The position numbers and the translations under genes were made by a program. This document shows positions 1 through 9,578 of a stretch of DNA of 64,000 nt, piece after piece. The notes beneath the pieces were generated by a model. It was given only the letters and a program-made list of their open reading frames with translations, ran no database searches and was not told the origin of the DNA. This DNA comes from a virus: IMG/VR virus record IMGVR_UViG_3300022700_000179, positions 41,714-105,713 of that record. The stretch is one strand, 5' to 3'. The stretch's first letter is position 1. Each line of letters begins with the position of its first letter.

Positions 1-2
1 TC

Positions 3-452
3 CAGCTCGTCAGCTTTTCTGAAGCGAATTCTGTCATGGCAATCGTCAACCAGCTTAAGGATGCAGGAATCCAGGTCGGCCATGCTACTCACGCACATTT
101 AGGCCTTGTGTGGGCGTTGGGGAAGTATACCGGCTTCAACGCGGAGGAATTTGATCGAGTTATCATCGTAAGTGACATGAACTGCTATTCAGAGAACTTT
201 TTACGGAACGGTACTGATTTGGTAAGCCTTTTGGCAGAATATCGTCATACGGTCAATCCGGATGTGTTTTTCTACAGCTTGAACATTTCTGGAGGTAACC
301 AATCCCAGATGGATCCAAAAAACGACAGAACACTTTTGATGAGCGGATGGTCCGAGAAGGTCTTCCATCTGATCGCACAGTTCGAGAATCCGGGCACATT
401 GCCCACAATCGACGCGTTACGTGATAGGTTTAGCTATTCTACAGCTAGCTAA
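3..452 (+). CDS. TROVE/Ro60-like RNA-binding protein, C-terminal vWA part (5' truncated by window edge)
   Basis: Frame is open back to the window start. DRVIIVSDMNCY, YRHTVNPD..YSLNISG and LMSGWSEKVF match the C-terminal vWA domain pattern of bacterial/phage TROVE proteins. Confidence 0.7.
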   Translation, partial: QLVSFSEANSVMAIVNQLKDAGIQVGHATHAHLGLVWALGKYTGFNAEEFDRVIIVSDMNCYSENFLRNGTDLVSLLAEYRHTVNPDVFFYSLNISGGNQSQMDPKNDRTLLMSGWSEKVFHLIAQFENPGTLPTIDALRDRFSYSTAS

Positions 453-465
453 CTTTGTTGATTTG

Positions 466-819
466 CTACTTCTGTCTCTTCTTCGTAGTTATCTTGTGTT
501 TTGTCTTCCAGAAGTTGTACAGTTCCTTAATCAGTTTATCCTCCGGGATTTCCTTCTTACGTACTCTCCGATAAAAAGCAACTACAATTAAGGCCCGCAT
601 GTCTTCAACTGAACGGATGCCTTGTTGTTCCAGGTGCATACGGAGTGGGGCCCCTTCTTTGAGCCACACTTTTTCTACGAATGACCCTACAGTTCTATAG
701 CATTTCCATAGTTCTGCGGGCTTGTAGTTGGCGACTATTTCCACATAAGCTTTAGGCGTTCTCCGATCCAGTTCCTTCAGCCCTTCCTGAATGTTTCTCG
801 GTTGGCTTTCGTAATACAT
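466..819 (-). CDS. DUF6794-like protein, divergent paralog of 57921..58298
   Basis: PRNIQEGL..L / W.KEG.PL...L.Q.GI...EDM..LIV / Y.FWK aligns by eye with the 57921 ORF. Confidence 0.5.
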   Translation of the reverse strand: MYYESQPRNIQEGLKELDRRTPKAYVEIVANYKPAELWKCYRTVGSFVEKVWLKEGAPLRMHLEQQGIRSVEDMRALIVVAFYRRVRKKEIPEDKLIKELYNFWKTKHKITTKKRQK

Positions 820-845
820 GCGGCTCCTTCTGTGTGTACTCTTCT

Positions 846-874
846 AGTGTGATTCCAACTTGCTTCCTTGTCAA
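846..874 (-). promoter_or_regulatory. Candidate sigma70-type promoter for 466..819
   Basis: Minus strand TTGACA-17 nt-CACACT; the -10 box is weak. Confidence 0.4.
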
Positions 875-912
875 GCCGAGTATAGTTGGGTTGGTTGAAC
901 TACCGTGAACTT

Positions 913-930
913 GGTTATTCTATAGTGTGG
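913..930 (+). promoter_or_regulatory. Candidate phage late promoter motif, copy 1
   Basis: GGTTATTCTATAGTGTGG is 16/18 identical to 6084-6101; both are intergenic and upstream of + strand genes. Confidence 0.5.
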
Positions 931-991
931 AGTACCCAGTCTCTTAACGGGTACAGTTCTGTCAACAAACTTGTTTAGAGGGAGTTCCGAA

Positions 992-1423
992 ATGGCAACC
1001 GTAACTGTAGAAACCAGTGCAGTTTATCTCACAGTACAGAATCTCAGCAGCTGGTCCATTGTAGCGATGAACCGCAAGCTTGGACCTGGAGCCTCTGCTG
1101 ACGTTCCTCGTCGGTATATTAATTACTGGCGTGCCAAAGATCTAGCCGAGCTAGTTAACAAGGGGTATATCTCTATCACCATCGATAACCAGGTCTACTC
1201 GCTGTCGGGTTACGGTCCGTTGAGCGTAGAGTTCATCCAGGGACTGGCAGAGCCTACGGCAGCACCTTTTTCTGGGCTGCTCACTTTTGCCAACGCTGAC
1301 CGTCCTGGGGTTGGTGGGATGCCTGATGGGACGATGATCTGGAATACAGATACTCTGATTCCTAATTGGGCTGATGCAACCTCGGGTACTGGGTGGGTCG
1401 ACGCTACTGGTGCAGACGTCTAA
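992..1423 (+). CDS. Putative virion structural protein (fibre/decoration-like C-terminus)
   Basis: SD GGGAG before ATG 992. The C-terminal RP..G.MIWNTDT..P.W.....WVDATG pattern recalls phage fibre modules. Followed by a hairpin. Confidence 0.4.
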   Translation: MATVTVETSAVYLTVQNLSSWSIVAMNRKLGPGASADVPRRYINYWRAKDLAELVNKGYISITIDNQVYSLSGYGPLSVEFIQGLAEPTAAPFSGLLTFANADRPGVGGMPDGTMIWNTDTLIPNWADATSGTGWVDATGADV

Positions 1424-1459
1424 TCCAGTTCTGCAGTTCGGCTGCCTTTTACTATATAT

Positions 1460-1510
1460 GCGCTGCTAGGCGGGGGGTCTAGTGTCTTCCCCGCCTAGCA
1501 GCGCACTTTT
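1460..1510 (+). terminator. Hairpin/intrinsic terminator
   Basis: GCGCTGCTAGGCGGGG...CCCCGCCTAGCAGCGC followed by ACTTTT. Confidence 0.6.
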
Positions 1511-1522
1511 GAGGTATAAAAC

Positions 1523-2530
1523 ATGAGGGTTTCTACACTTTATCCTGTACGTAAGGCACCTAGGTATGCGATGAGCATATCGACCACTACTGCTGCGGAA
1601 GGCGAGCCGAAGATAAGTAAAGAATTGCATGAACTTATTGGTAAATTTCTACTTCGTATAGTTGAGTCTGTGGGTCCACAGAGTAGGAATCCAGTAGAAG
1701 AAATACAAGATGAACTTGCGCTTGCTCGAGTGAACTACTATTCAGATGTCGACTTCTTGCTAGATCTGTTTTCTCAAAATCCGATTATAGGTCGGACACC
1801 GTTATCCAGCATCCTACCCGACCCAATGCCAGATGACATCTCTCTGCTAAAAGTGATCGGATCAGCCGTAGACCGTCTTTTGCTCCGGGTTGCATCCAGA
1901 TGGTACAAGCATGAGTTTGGTGACGCAAAAGACAAAAAAGCGGCAGCGACCGATTTTTACGTTTATTACGACGACATACCTTATTACGTTTTTGGTTTGG
2001 TGAAAGCTGAAGATGTGGCGCAGCTTCCTTACAGTTCGCAGGATGTACTGATACTAACGAGAAATTATTTGGACACCTTGTCCGAACTAACGAAGGAGCA
2101 TCCGGAAGCGGACGCCGCTGCTTTGCTTAAACAGTACCCACCGAGTAATAAAGATGTCAACCCAAAAGAATTGGCTGACGTAATTGGTAATGAGCCCTCT
2201 TTAGCTTTCGCAAATATCGGTCCGATTTTGAAGGAATACAAGCATGGGGATGTGTATGCAGCTGCCAGAGCTGCGTTGGACTCTGCTGTGTTTGTAAACG
2301 CTAAAGAGATAATAGAATCTGGTACTTGGAGACCCCAAGCTGTAGACCATGACACTGAGGTAGACATTCACCCCCCTGAGGGGATAGATGACGTAACAGA
2401 CGAGGAGGAAGGTGCGGAACGACCTAGTGCAGAAGAGGGTACAAAAGTAGAAAAACCCAAAAGTCCTAGTCAGAGTCCCTCTGGTCCCATGCCACCTCAT
2501 AAGTTAGATCAGAGTTCAAGGCCAGTCTAG
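1523..2530 (+). CDS. Hypothetical protein
   Basis: 335-aa ORF with GAGG upstream; stop overlaps the next start. Confidence 0.6.
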   Translation: MRVSTLYPVRKAPRYAMSISTTTAAEGEPKISKELHELIGKFLLRIVESVGPQSRNPVEEIQDELALARVNYYSDVDFLLDLFSQNPIIGRTPLSSILPDPMPDDISLLKVIGSAVDRLLLRVASRWYKHEFGDAKDKKAAATDFYVYYDDIPYYVFGLVKAEDVAQLPYSSQDVLILTRNYLDTLSELTKEHPEADAAALLKQYPPSNKDVNPKELADVIGNEPSLAFANIGPILKEYKHGDVYAAARAALDSAVFVNAKEIIESGTWRPQAVDHDTEVDIHPPEGIDDVTDEEEGAERPSAEEGTKVEKPKSPSQSPSGPMPPHKLDQSSRPV

Positions 2531-3633
2531 TGCCTATTTACGATTATCATTATCGGACTTTGAGTCCAGACATTTGGAAGTCCGATGAGCTGACTTTGAA
2601 CGCTAACACTCAGCGTTTTTTACAGGAACAGCTTTCTCGTAGGTTTAGTGAGAACAAAGGTATTTACTTGGTTGGAGATCTCACGGGCCATTATTACTCA
2701 CCAACTTCCGATTTGGACTTACTAATTGTGGCACCTAGGAGTAAGGTAAAAGATTACTTACACGAAGCCGAGATGGTCAGTGGTTTTTACTTGGACAATA
2801 CAGACCATCTGGTGAATTTTCATATTGTTGGGGAGGAAACCGTACCAGAAGCATTGGCGGAAAAGTTCGGACCTCTATTCAATGTAACCGCGAATACTTG
2901 GGTCGGGCGCCGCGTGTTGGGTCTTACTGAGATGACTAATGTCGATTCACTAATGCGTACTGTAAACTGGAAATTGTATAAGAAACGTAACTCGCTCGAA
3001 CTCTATCCGTATAAATGGAGAATTATATCTGAAGCTTTTTCTCAGTTAGCTAAAGACGACCGTGAGCAAGTACTTTCTACCATGAAGTATACTGCACGCA
3101 AGGTAGAAAAAAATATACGGAAAGTGCTAAAAGGCTTTAATGATGCTGCTGTTTGGAAAAATTCTTCAGTCTTTGCTTCTTCTTTACGGGACGGCGGCCA
3201 AGACGTCGTAGACGACTTTGCTTTGTCCGGCGAACTCCCTGCCAAAGTTATGGCTGCTATTATACATCATTATAGGTATGAAGATGTGGTCGATAAGTTG
3301 GAAGATCTCCATAGTAAAATACAGAGAAGCGAAGAAGACTTTTTACGTACCACTGCACCCTCTTACAACCCTACCCCACATAATCCCGATCCTGTAGGTA
3401 TCGACGCTAGTGTGCATACTGCGGATACCGCCACGCAAAAATATATGTGGCAGCGCCTTGATTTTGTTGCCGATATGATTATTAGGCACTACGGGGGGTA
3501 TGGGCAGGCGCTAGACACCGTTTTCAAAATATGTTCTTACATTTTAGAGAAGAGTCGTTACGTTGGTACTGATTCGCGGAGACGTAGGATAGTCTATCGT
3601 CTATATCGCAAGTATTACTTGCGTATTGACTAG
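2530..3633 (+). CDS. Nucleotidyltransferase-like protein (Pol-beta superfamily)
   Basis: IYLVGDLTGHYYSPTSDLDLLIV fits hG[S]x(9-13)DhD, with GS changed to GD. Confidence 0.6.
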   Translation: MPIYDYHYRTLSPDIWKSDELTLNANTQRFLQEQLSRRFSENKGIYLVGDLTGHYYSPTSDLDLLIVAPRSKVKDYLHEAEMVSGFYLDNTDHLVNFHIVGEETVPEALAEKFGPLFNVTANTWVGRRVLGLTEMTNVDSLMRTVNWKLYKKRNSLELYPYKWRIISEAFSQLAKDDREQVLSTMKYTARKVEKNIRKVLKGFNDAAVWKNSSVFASSLRDGGQDVVDDFALSGELPAKVMAAIIHHYRYEDVVDKLEDLHSKIQRSEEDFLRTTAPSYNPTPHNPDPVGIDASVHTADTATQKYMWQRLDFVADMIIRHYGGYGQALDTVFKICSYILEKSRYVGTDSRRRRIVYRLYRKYYLRID

Positions 3634-3646
3634 TTGGAGGTTCAGT

Positions 3647-4267
3647 ATGCCGTCAAGTGAGTGGAAGACGAGCCAAGTTAACGGTTACGCAGCAGTAGTA
3701 CTGAGTGGCGACACAAACGCTGTAAAGACAGCAAAGGCCGTTTACAAGGCTCTAGGTATGGCAATTCAAGATTCATCTCCAACTAGCCTTATTTTGCAGG
3801 ATGTCAAAGAACCTGATATACAGGAAGTATCAGATATTGCTGAGAGCAACGGCTTGTATATAGCAAGCAAAAATGGTCCGAGGAAATATCTGGTACGATC
3901 AAGAAAACAAGTTCGTAAAGCTCTGCGGCTCAGTCTGCAAACAGGTAAATGGTATTTTGCGGAGTATGCTGAGGATTCTTATCCTTTGGTATACATACGC
4001 AATATGAGCATTGAAAACATCAGAAATGGTGATGCGGCGGAAGAAGCACAAATGTTCGAAGTAGAACTACTTGGGACAAATGATTCTACACCTGTGTCTC
4101 TTACCTATAACGCACGAGATCTAGCACGTTTAGGGCTGCGTCCGGCTACCACCGAAGATTTCGCAGCGTACAGCATGATTTCACCCCCTTTAGAGCAATT
4201 AGTTCCGGCATTTGCTCGGCAGGCTCCAAACTTGGCTCACTTGGCCAATTTTAACAGAGAGTGCTAA
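3647..4267 (+). CDS. Hypothetical protein
   Basis: GGAGG SD before ATG 3647; operon context. Confidence 0.55.
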   Translation: MPSSEWKTSQVNGYAAVVLSGDTNAVKTAKAVYKALGMAIQDSSPTSLILQDVKEPDIQEVSDIAESNGLYIASKNGPRKYLVRSRKQVRKALRLSLQTGKWYFAEYAEDSYPLVYIRNMSIENIRNGDAAEEAQMFEVELLGTNDSTPVSLTYNARDLARLGLRPATTEDFAAYSMISPPLEQLVPAFARQAPNLAHLANFNREC

Positions 4268-4273
4268 AAACTC

Positions 4274-4918
4274 ATGGCTTGTGACTTCTGCGAGAGTATC
4301 CCCCGTAGCTTGGTTGCGGAGTTGAACGATGATCTACGCGAAGGGGATGATTCTGCTGCTGTTCTAGCAGAGAGATATGATACAACTGTTGAGGCTATCG
4401 AAGTTCACGAACGGAATTGCCTATACGCTGACAATGACGGGTACGACGAACTAGATCGTATGATAAAGCAGCTAGATATTGCAGCATCTCGTAGCATGCG
4501 TACTTATAAGGAGAATAGTAAAAATTTCGAGGCTATGGACCATTTCATAGCTCTTACTAAAGAAAAACGTGCTGCTATTGTGGCCAAAGAGCGTTTACGG
4601 CCATCTGACGAGTTTGTCAAGGAGATAGCTACTAAGATTCTGTCACCTCTGATAAAGCGAATAATAATAGTCAACACGGAGGAGGTTGAACGTCTTAGAA
4701 CCGCATTGTTCTCTATTACAGACGCTCGGATACACAAGAAGATCGATCGAGCACTGAAGGACTCATTGCGCAATTCAGGTAGGAGATTAGCGTTGGAGTG
4801 TGACGCACTGCTTCCAACCCTCCAGAAGATATTCAATGCGCAAGAGTCTACTGTAAAGGATTTGGGGCTCGATGGTGAGGCAAGTCAAGAAGACACAGCG
4901 GATCCAAAACTAAACTAG
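4274..4918 (+). CDS. CxxC/HTH protein, terminase small subunit candidate
   Basis: N-terminal CDFC, HTH-like LAERYDTTVEAIEVH..C, helical remainder; about 2 kb upstream of TerL. Function is inferred. Confidence 0.35.
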   Translation: MACDFCESIPRSLVAELNDDLREGDDSAAVLAERYDTTVEAIEVHERNCLYADNDGYDELDRMIKQLDIAASRSMRTYKENSKNFEAMDHFIALTKEKRAAIVAKERLRPSDEFVKEIATKILSPLIKRIIIVNTEEVERLRTALFSITDARIHKKIDRALKDSLRNSGRRLALECDALLPTLQKIFNAQESTVKDLGLDGEASQEDTADPKLN

Positions 4919-5032
4919 CAACAGTTCCCTCCATTTAACCGCGCCGACCCGAAACTCACAGGGAAAACATAGTTGTATATGCTGTAAACTGGGTTGCAGA
5001 CACCCTTTAGTTTGCAGGAAAGGAGCACACCT

Positions 5033-6010
5033 ATGAAAAAATCAGTGTTCAGCTTGTTGGCTTTTTACTTAATCTCTTTTTTAGGCCTGTCTGGTGTACT
5101 TGCGGATAGGGCTTCCCAGAAAAGTAGTAACTACAGTAAACTACATAAGTCGTTTTATGTAGAATCGGGTCGTACTTTGTCTTTACCCGATCCGTTGCTG
5201 AACCTGAAAAAGAAGATCCCGGAAGACGTAGTCTCTTCAGAAGAATACAAAGAGACTCGAAAAGCCCGAATTGCAGACCTAGTCGTTTCTCTTAAAGCAA
5301 TCGAGGACCGTGGTGTACGGTTGCGCGATAAAGATCGTATTAAAATAGCGGACGCTGCTCTGCATGCTGAGGAGAGGACCGGGGTTGACGCTGTGGTGAT
5401 GCTGGCGGTTGGGCGTATGGAGTCTGACTTCCGGGGTCTGATGTTGCTAAATACCAGGTGTAAAGCAGGATTGCAGTTTAAGGGGTGCTTTGCTGATTGC
5501 GGTATGACGCAGCACCACGTACGCGGGGATAGGGGTAAGGTTATTCGTTATTGCAAAAAACTGAATCGTAATCCCAGACTCTCATTCTTGAAGAGCGCAC
5601 AAGAAATAGCCCGGCATGTAAAGTGGTGTCTGGCCCGAAAACACCAAAAATGGCATCTGCCCCTGCGACGGTGTGTGCTAAATCGCTACAACCAAGGGTA
5701 TCGCTATAAGACTATTAGGCGTTGCCGTAAGCGGGTGTGGGATTACTACCATACCTCTAGAGCTTTAGGTGATTCTTGGAAAGAGCGTCGATTCCCATGC
5801 AAGTACTTACGCAGAGTACGCAACCAGAGCAAACCCGATTGGTACTCAGAGACTAAGAAATGCACTCGTACCCTTCGTAGATGTGTTTCTAGGGCCGCCT
5901 ATTGGAAGAAGCTCACTTGTTTCGAGTATGGTGCACGTAATAAGGCACGGTTAAAAAAAAGCTGCCGTCGTTGCTATAGTATTCCCAAAATAAGTACGGA
6001 TTACTACTAG
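5033..6010 (+). CDS. Lytic transglycosylase (SLT-like) with N-terminal signal/anchor; endolysin candidate
   Basis: AGGAG SD. MKKSVFSLLAFYLISFLGLSGVLA is a hydrophobic leader. AVGRMESDF (catalytic Glu) and DCGMTQ fit SLT motifs I/II, plus RYN. Basic, Cys-rich C-terminus. Confidence 0.65.
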   Translation: MKKSVFSLLAFYLISFLGLSGVLADRASQKSSNYSKLHKSFYVESGRTLSLPDPLLNLKKKIPEDVVSSEEYKETRKARIADLVVSLKAIEDRGVRLRDKDRIKIADAALHAEERTGVDAVVMLAVGRMESDFRGLMLLNTRCKAGLQFKGCFADCGMTQHHVRGDRGKVIRYCKKLNRNPRLSFLKSAQEIARHVKWCLARKHQKWHLPLRRCVLNRYNQGYRYKTIRRCRKRVWDYYHTSRALGDSWKERRFPCKYLRRVRNQSKPDWYSETKKCTRTLRRCVSRAAYWKKLTCFEYGARNKARLKKSCRRCYSIPKISTDYY

Positions 6011-6083
6011 CTGTCGTAGACGGTCCTCTGTTAGGTACCCACCCACCTTTTCCTCTTTTTCTTTCTTCAAATCGGATAATTAA

Positions 6084-6101
6084 GGTTACTTTATAGTGTG
6101 G
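6084..6101 (+). promoter_or_regulatory. Candidate phage late promoter motif, copy 2 (upstream of the terminase/portal operon)
   Basis: GGTTACTTTATAGTGTGG, 16/18 identical to 913-930. Confidence 0.5.
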
Positions 6102-6188
6102 TGCCATTCTCACCACCTGGTGTAGTAGTTTGTTGTATTAAACCGGGTATTCGTGGTCGTAGCCTTGTTGTACCACTTCTTCATAACA

Positions 6189-6557
6189 ATGGCTAAGTCG
6201 ATCCCTCAGCCAATAGACTGGGGAATTGGTCTAAGTCTGCTCAGTTTACTTGTTTCGGTAATTGTGACCTTTATAATACTGATCCTTAAGAAGAAAAGTA
6301 GAGTAGAAGAGGAGCTGAGAAAGGCACAATTTAGCGCGTTAGAGAAGGACATATCTAATGTACTCCATACCTGTGCACGGCTGGAGGATCAACTGAAATC
6401 TGTCGAGAGCGAGTTTAAAAGTCATTATGGCGGCTGCTCGAAGAAATTCGTATTGAAGGACGTCTATTCTGAGGTTCTACGCGCACAACGTGAAGAAGTG
6501 CAAGATATAAAGAAGATGTTGACCCAGCAATCGGATGTAATCGAAAAGTTAAGGTAA
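6189..6557 (+). CDS. Single-TM coiled-coil protein, holin candidate
   Basis: WGIGLSLLSLLVSVIVTFIILILKKK TM segment followed by a coiled coil; adjacent to the SLT gene. Confidence 0.4.
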   Translation: MAKSIPQPIDWGIGLSLLSLLVSVIVTFIILILKKKSRVEEELRKAQFSALEKDISNVLHTCARLEDQLKSVESEFKSHYGGCSKKFVLKDVYSEVLRAQREEVQDIKKMLTQQSDVIEKLR

Positions 6558-6570
6558 GGAGAATGGTGCA

Positions 6571-7080
6571 ATGGATGAGGCTAGAAACACTGGGAACTCT
6601 ACATTTCCCGCGGCAGTTGACTTGTCTGAGCTAGATGAACTGGTAGATGATGAGTTGGGGCTGGAGCCATCATCCACAGCGGATATTTTAGAAGATTCTG
6701 CGGATAAACCATTACCGCGACCGCGTTCTTCCACGGAGTACAGTAAACATTTTGGTACGCAAACCTCTTTAGACCTATGTGAGCATTGCGATGACTTATG
6801 TGATGAGAGCTGTGCTGACGTTAGTAATATTGTCGAAGCAGAATTAGTACATCCATATGACAAAATAATAAAAGAAGAAAAACGCAATCATACTACAACA
6901 GGCGTTATCCGTATTATGCGCGCAAACGGGGACGACGAAGCAGCAGATTTACTAGAGGAAATACGTGGTCTAACTAATGATGTATCAAACGTGCTGGATG
7001 GGCTCTCTGAATTGCACAAACGGCGTACTGGTAGCTACCCCCGTCTGAGCACTCAAACTAATGATAAAGAATCTAAGTAA
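6571..7080 (+). CDS. Hypothetical acidic protein
   Basis: AAGGAG SD, operon context. Confidence 0.55.
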   Translation: MDEARNTGNSTFPAAVDLSELDELVDDELGLEPSSTADILEDSADKPLPRPRSSTEYSKHFGTQTSLDLCEHCDDLCDESCADVSNIVEAELVHPYDKIIKEEKRNHTTTGVIRIMRANGDDEAADLLEEIRGLTNDVSNVLDGLSELHKRRTGSYPRLSTQTNDKESK

Positions 7081-7085
7081 AAGTC

Positions 7086-9578
7086 ATGCCTAAGTCTGGC
7101 AAGAAAGGTAGACAGCCTAGCATCGCTTCGTCGAGTAAGCCTAAGGCTAAGAAGAGAAAGCTAACGGAGTTCGGCTTTTCTCTCGGTGATAACGATGATG
7201 TTAAAATTGCAAAATCTAACCGTACACGTAAAGAGAGCAGCGGTTCTAAACCGAGAAAAGCAGATCAGGAAGAATACCGTAAGCTTGGGTCTGAGCTAGA
7301 CAACCTGCTAAATGGTTCGGAGGATAAAACAAGTATTGATACGGTAGAGTCTGGGGGGCTTTTACCTATTCCTGATAAGGAAAATGAGTCCCCTGATCAA
7401 GACAGCAGTAAAAATAGTAGCAATAACGCCGTGTCAACTAACTATTTCGAGTTACTTGGGGATGTCGCTGATGAAGATGACTCAGACGAGCTTCTGCCAG
7501 ATGTAAAGGGCTTAGTTGAGCGCGCTATTTCTGCCGACCTAGACCCCTCCGTATTCTCCGGTTCCAGTTTTCCCGTTGCTTCTAATGTCATAGAGTTTTG
7601 TAGGGATCCAGACTTTTTAGGCTTTTCCGGAGATTTGTACCCACGGCAGGTAGAGATACTAGCGCATTATTTTAAAGATGTTTGCTATTTTTGCAGTGAC
7701 CTTGATTATATCCATAAGGTTCCCGTAAACGACCCAGTTGGCGACGTTTTAGACCGATTTGCACTTCTGCGCTTTGGCGTTTGCCCCAAATGTAAACGTA
7801 ATCGGACGGAAATACTTTCTGACTGGATAAATGACCCAAGATTCGGAGAATACAACGATCTTGATCCTAACGTTGCTGCTAGCTTGCGCCCAGTACCTCC
7901 GAATGAGTTTGTTGGGGTGTGGGGACAGCGATCTGGCAAGAGTTATACCGTTGGTACGTTCGCTTTTCCCTATATCTTACATAGGTATTTGGCTCTTCCC
8001 AATCCTACCAAATATTTTATGGTTCCATCGAATCAAGTACTAGAGGCCACATTTGTAGCCCCTACCCTGCATCAGATTACAAAATATGTGTGGACGCCGT
8101 TCAGAGAAGCTTTTGCTGCTTCTCCTTGGTTTAAGGAAGTAAGGGAATCACTCCTTTCTGAGGGTAAACGATTAGGTACTACGCTTTACCGTGAGGGAGA
8201 GCGCTTCATTATATTTCCTGCTAAAAATTTGGCCATTCACATACTAGCTGCGTCCAGTACCGGTCTACGTGGGGCAACGCGGCTGTTCTGTTCACTAGAT
8301 GAGCTTGGTTGGTTTAACAGCGACGAGGATGGTAAGAAGCGTGCTGGAATCAAAGATGGGAATGCGGTCTTTGACGCCCTGGACAACAGCCTTAATACCG
8401 TGCGTTCTCATGCAGACATACGGCGTGAGGACTTGCGTGATTACGACGTACTAGATGGGCATATGTTTAATATATCCAGTCCGTGTACAGTTGGCGATCC
8501 AATTATGACCAGAGCTGCGCTCGCCCCCAGAGCGCCGAGGATGTTCTATACGCATTATGCCACGTGGGAAGTGAATCCTAAAGAAAAGGAAGAACGTATC
8601 AAAGAACGTATGGCCGGTGACATGGATCGGTTCATGCGGAACTGGGCGGCCATACCTCCACGTGCATTAAGTCCGTTTTTCTCTGATTCTAATTTAGTGG
8701 CGAGCCTGTCAAGACCATCAGATAAGGATGAAGCACTATTCAACTATTATGTGGAAAATTATGAAATGGAGGGGGAGTCTATTATAAGGTTACGTCCGCA
8801 CCTGGCGAATGTGCGCGCTGACCCATACGGTGCCCGGATTTTAGCCGTAGATAATGGTGAAGTGCAGAACTCTTTTGCTTTGTGTGTCGCAAAATATGAC
8901 GCGACATTGGACAATTACTATTTTGAAGAGTTTGTAGAAGTGGCTCCGTACCGGGGCCATGTAGTGGATCTTAATTGGTGTTATGAGAATTTCATTGTTC
9001 CATTGGTTAACACTTTCAATTTTCTGCATGTGGCTTTTGACCGGTGGAATTCTTCGCATGCCTACCATGATCTTAAGACGAACCAGGGTTTCAATGCCAC
9101 TACTGGAAAAGACGCGGAAATATACACGTTAAAGTGGCCAGATTTTGATGCATTCCGTGAGGATTTGCGAGGAATGCGCTTGTCGTTCCCGTCTACGGAA
9201 ACAGTGCCAGATGAGTTACTTTCCATTAAAGATCTGTCGCGTAGGGCTGCAACCCCACGCGCACATATGCTATTGCAACTCACAACTGTAGAGCAATTTG
9301 GTCGAAAAGTGCTGAAACCTAATCAAGGGCAGGATGACCTTTTCCGGGTAGCCGTTTTAGCGCATCGATTCATGCGGAAGTACAAGAAGCTTTATGCAGA
9401 ACACAGTATTTCCGCGCGACGTAGAGGCGACTTCCGTTCGGTTGCTATCTTCAGAGGAGCCAGTCGGCCCAATAGTGGCGGCTATACTAGCGGCGGTCCT
9501 AAATCGGGCAGGTCTGTCGGTGTTACACGACAGCGTAGTGCGGCAATGCCCAGGAGATCGTCTGGAGGAAAATTGTGA
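7086..9578 (+). CDS. terL: Terminase large subunit
   Basis: Walker A WGQRSGKS, Walker B CSLDELGWF, coupling motif ISSP, RNase H-like nuclease motifs LAVDNG..NSFA, FDRWNS and QDDLFR; CxxC..CxxC insert; long low-complexity N-terminus. Confidence 0.9.
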   Translation: MPKSGKKGRQPSIASSSKPKAKKRKLTEFGFSLGDNDDVKIAKSNRTRKESSGSKPRKADQEEYRKLGSELDNLLNGSEDKTSIDTVESGGLLPIPDKENESPDQDSSKNSSNNAVSTNYFELLGDVADEDDSDELLPDVKGLVERAISADLDPSVFSGSSFPVASNVIEFCRDPDFLGFSGDLYPRQVEILAHYFKDVCYFCSDLDYIHKVPVNDPVGDVLDRFALLRFGVCPKCKRNRTEILSDWINDPRFGEYNDLDPNVAASLRPVPPNEFVGVWGQRSGKSYTVGTFAFPYILHRYLALPNPTKYFMVPSNQVLEATFVAPTLHQITKYVWTPFREAFAASPWFKEVRESLLSEGKRLGTTLYREGERFIIFPAKNLAIHILAASSTGLRGATRLFCSLDELGWFNSDEDGKKRAGIKDGNAVFDALDNSLNTVRSHADIRREDLRDYDVLDGHMFNISSPCTVGDPIMTRAALAPRAPRMFYTHYATWEVNPKEKEERIKERMAGDMDRFMRNWAAIPPRALSPFFSDSNLVASLSRPSDKDEALFNYYVENYEMEGESIIRLRPHLANVRADPYGARILAVDNGEVQNSFALCVAKYDATLDNYYFEEFVEVAPYRGHVVDLNWCYENFIVPLVNTFNFLHVAFDRWNSSHAYHDLKTNQGFNATTGKDAEIYTLKWPDFDAFREDLRGMRLSFPSTETVPDELLSIKDLSRRAATPRAHMLLQLTTVEQFGRKVLKPNQGQDDLFRVAVLAHRFMRKYKKLYAEHSISARRRGDFRSVAIFRGASRPNSGGYTSGGPKSGRSVGVTRQRSAAMPRRSSGGKL

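Noticed and set aside
7086-9578. Intein or intron in the 830-aa terminase
   Set aside because: Extra length is a low-complexity N-terminus, a CxxC insert and a basic tail; no C/S...HN splice motifs or LAGLIDADG seen.
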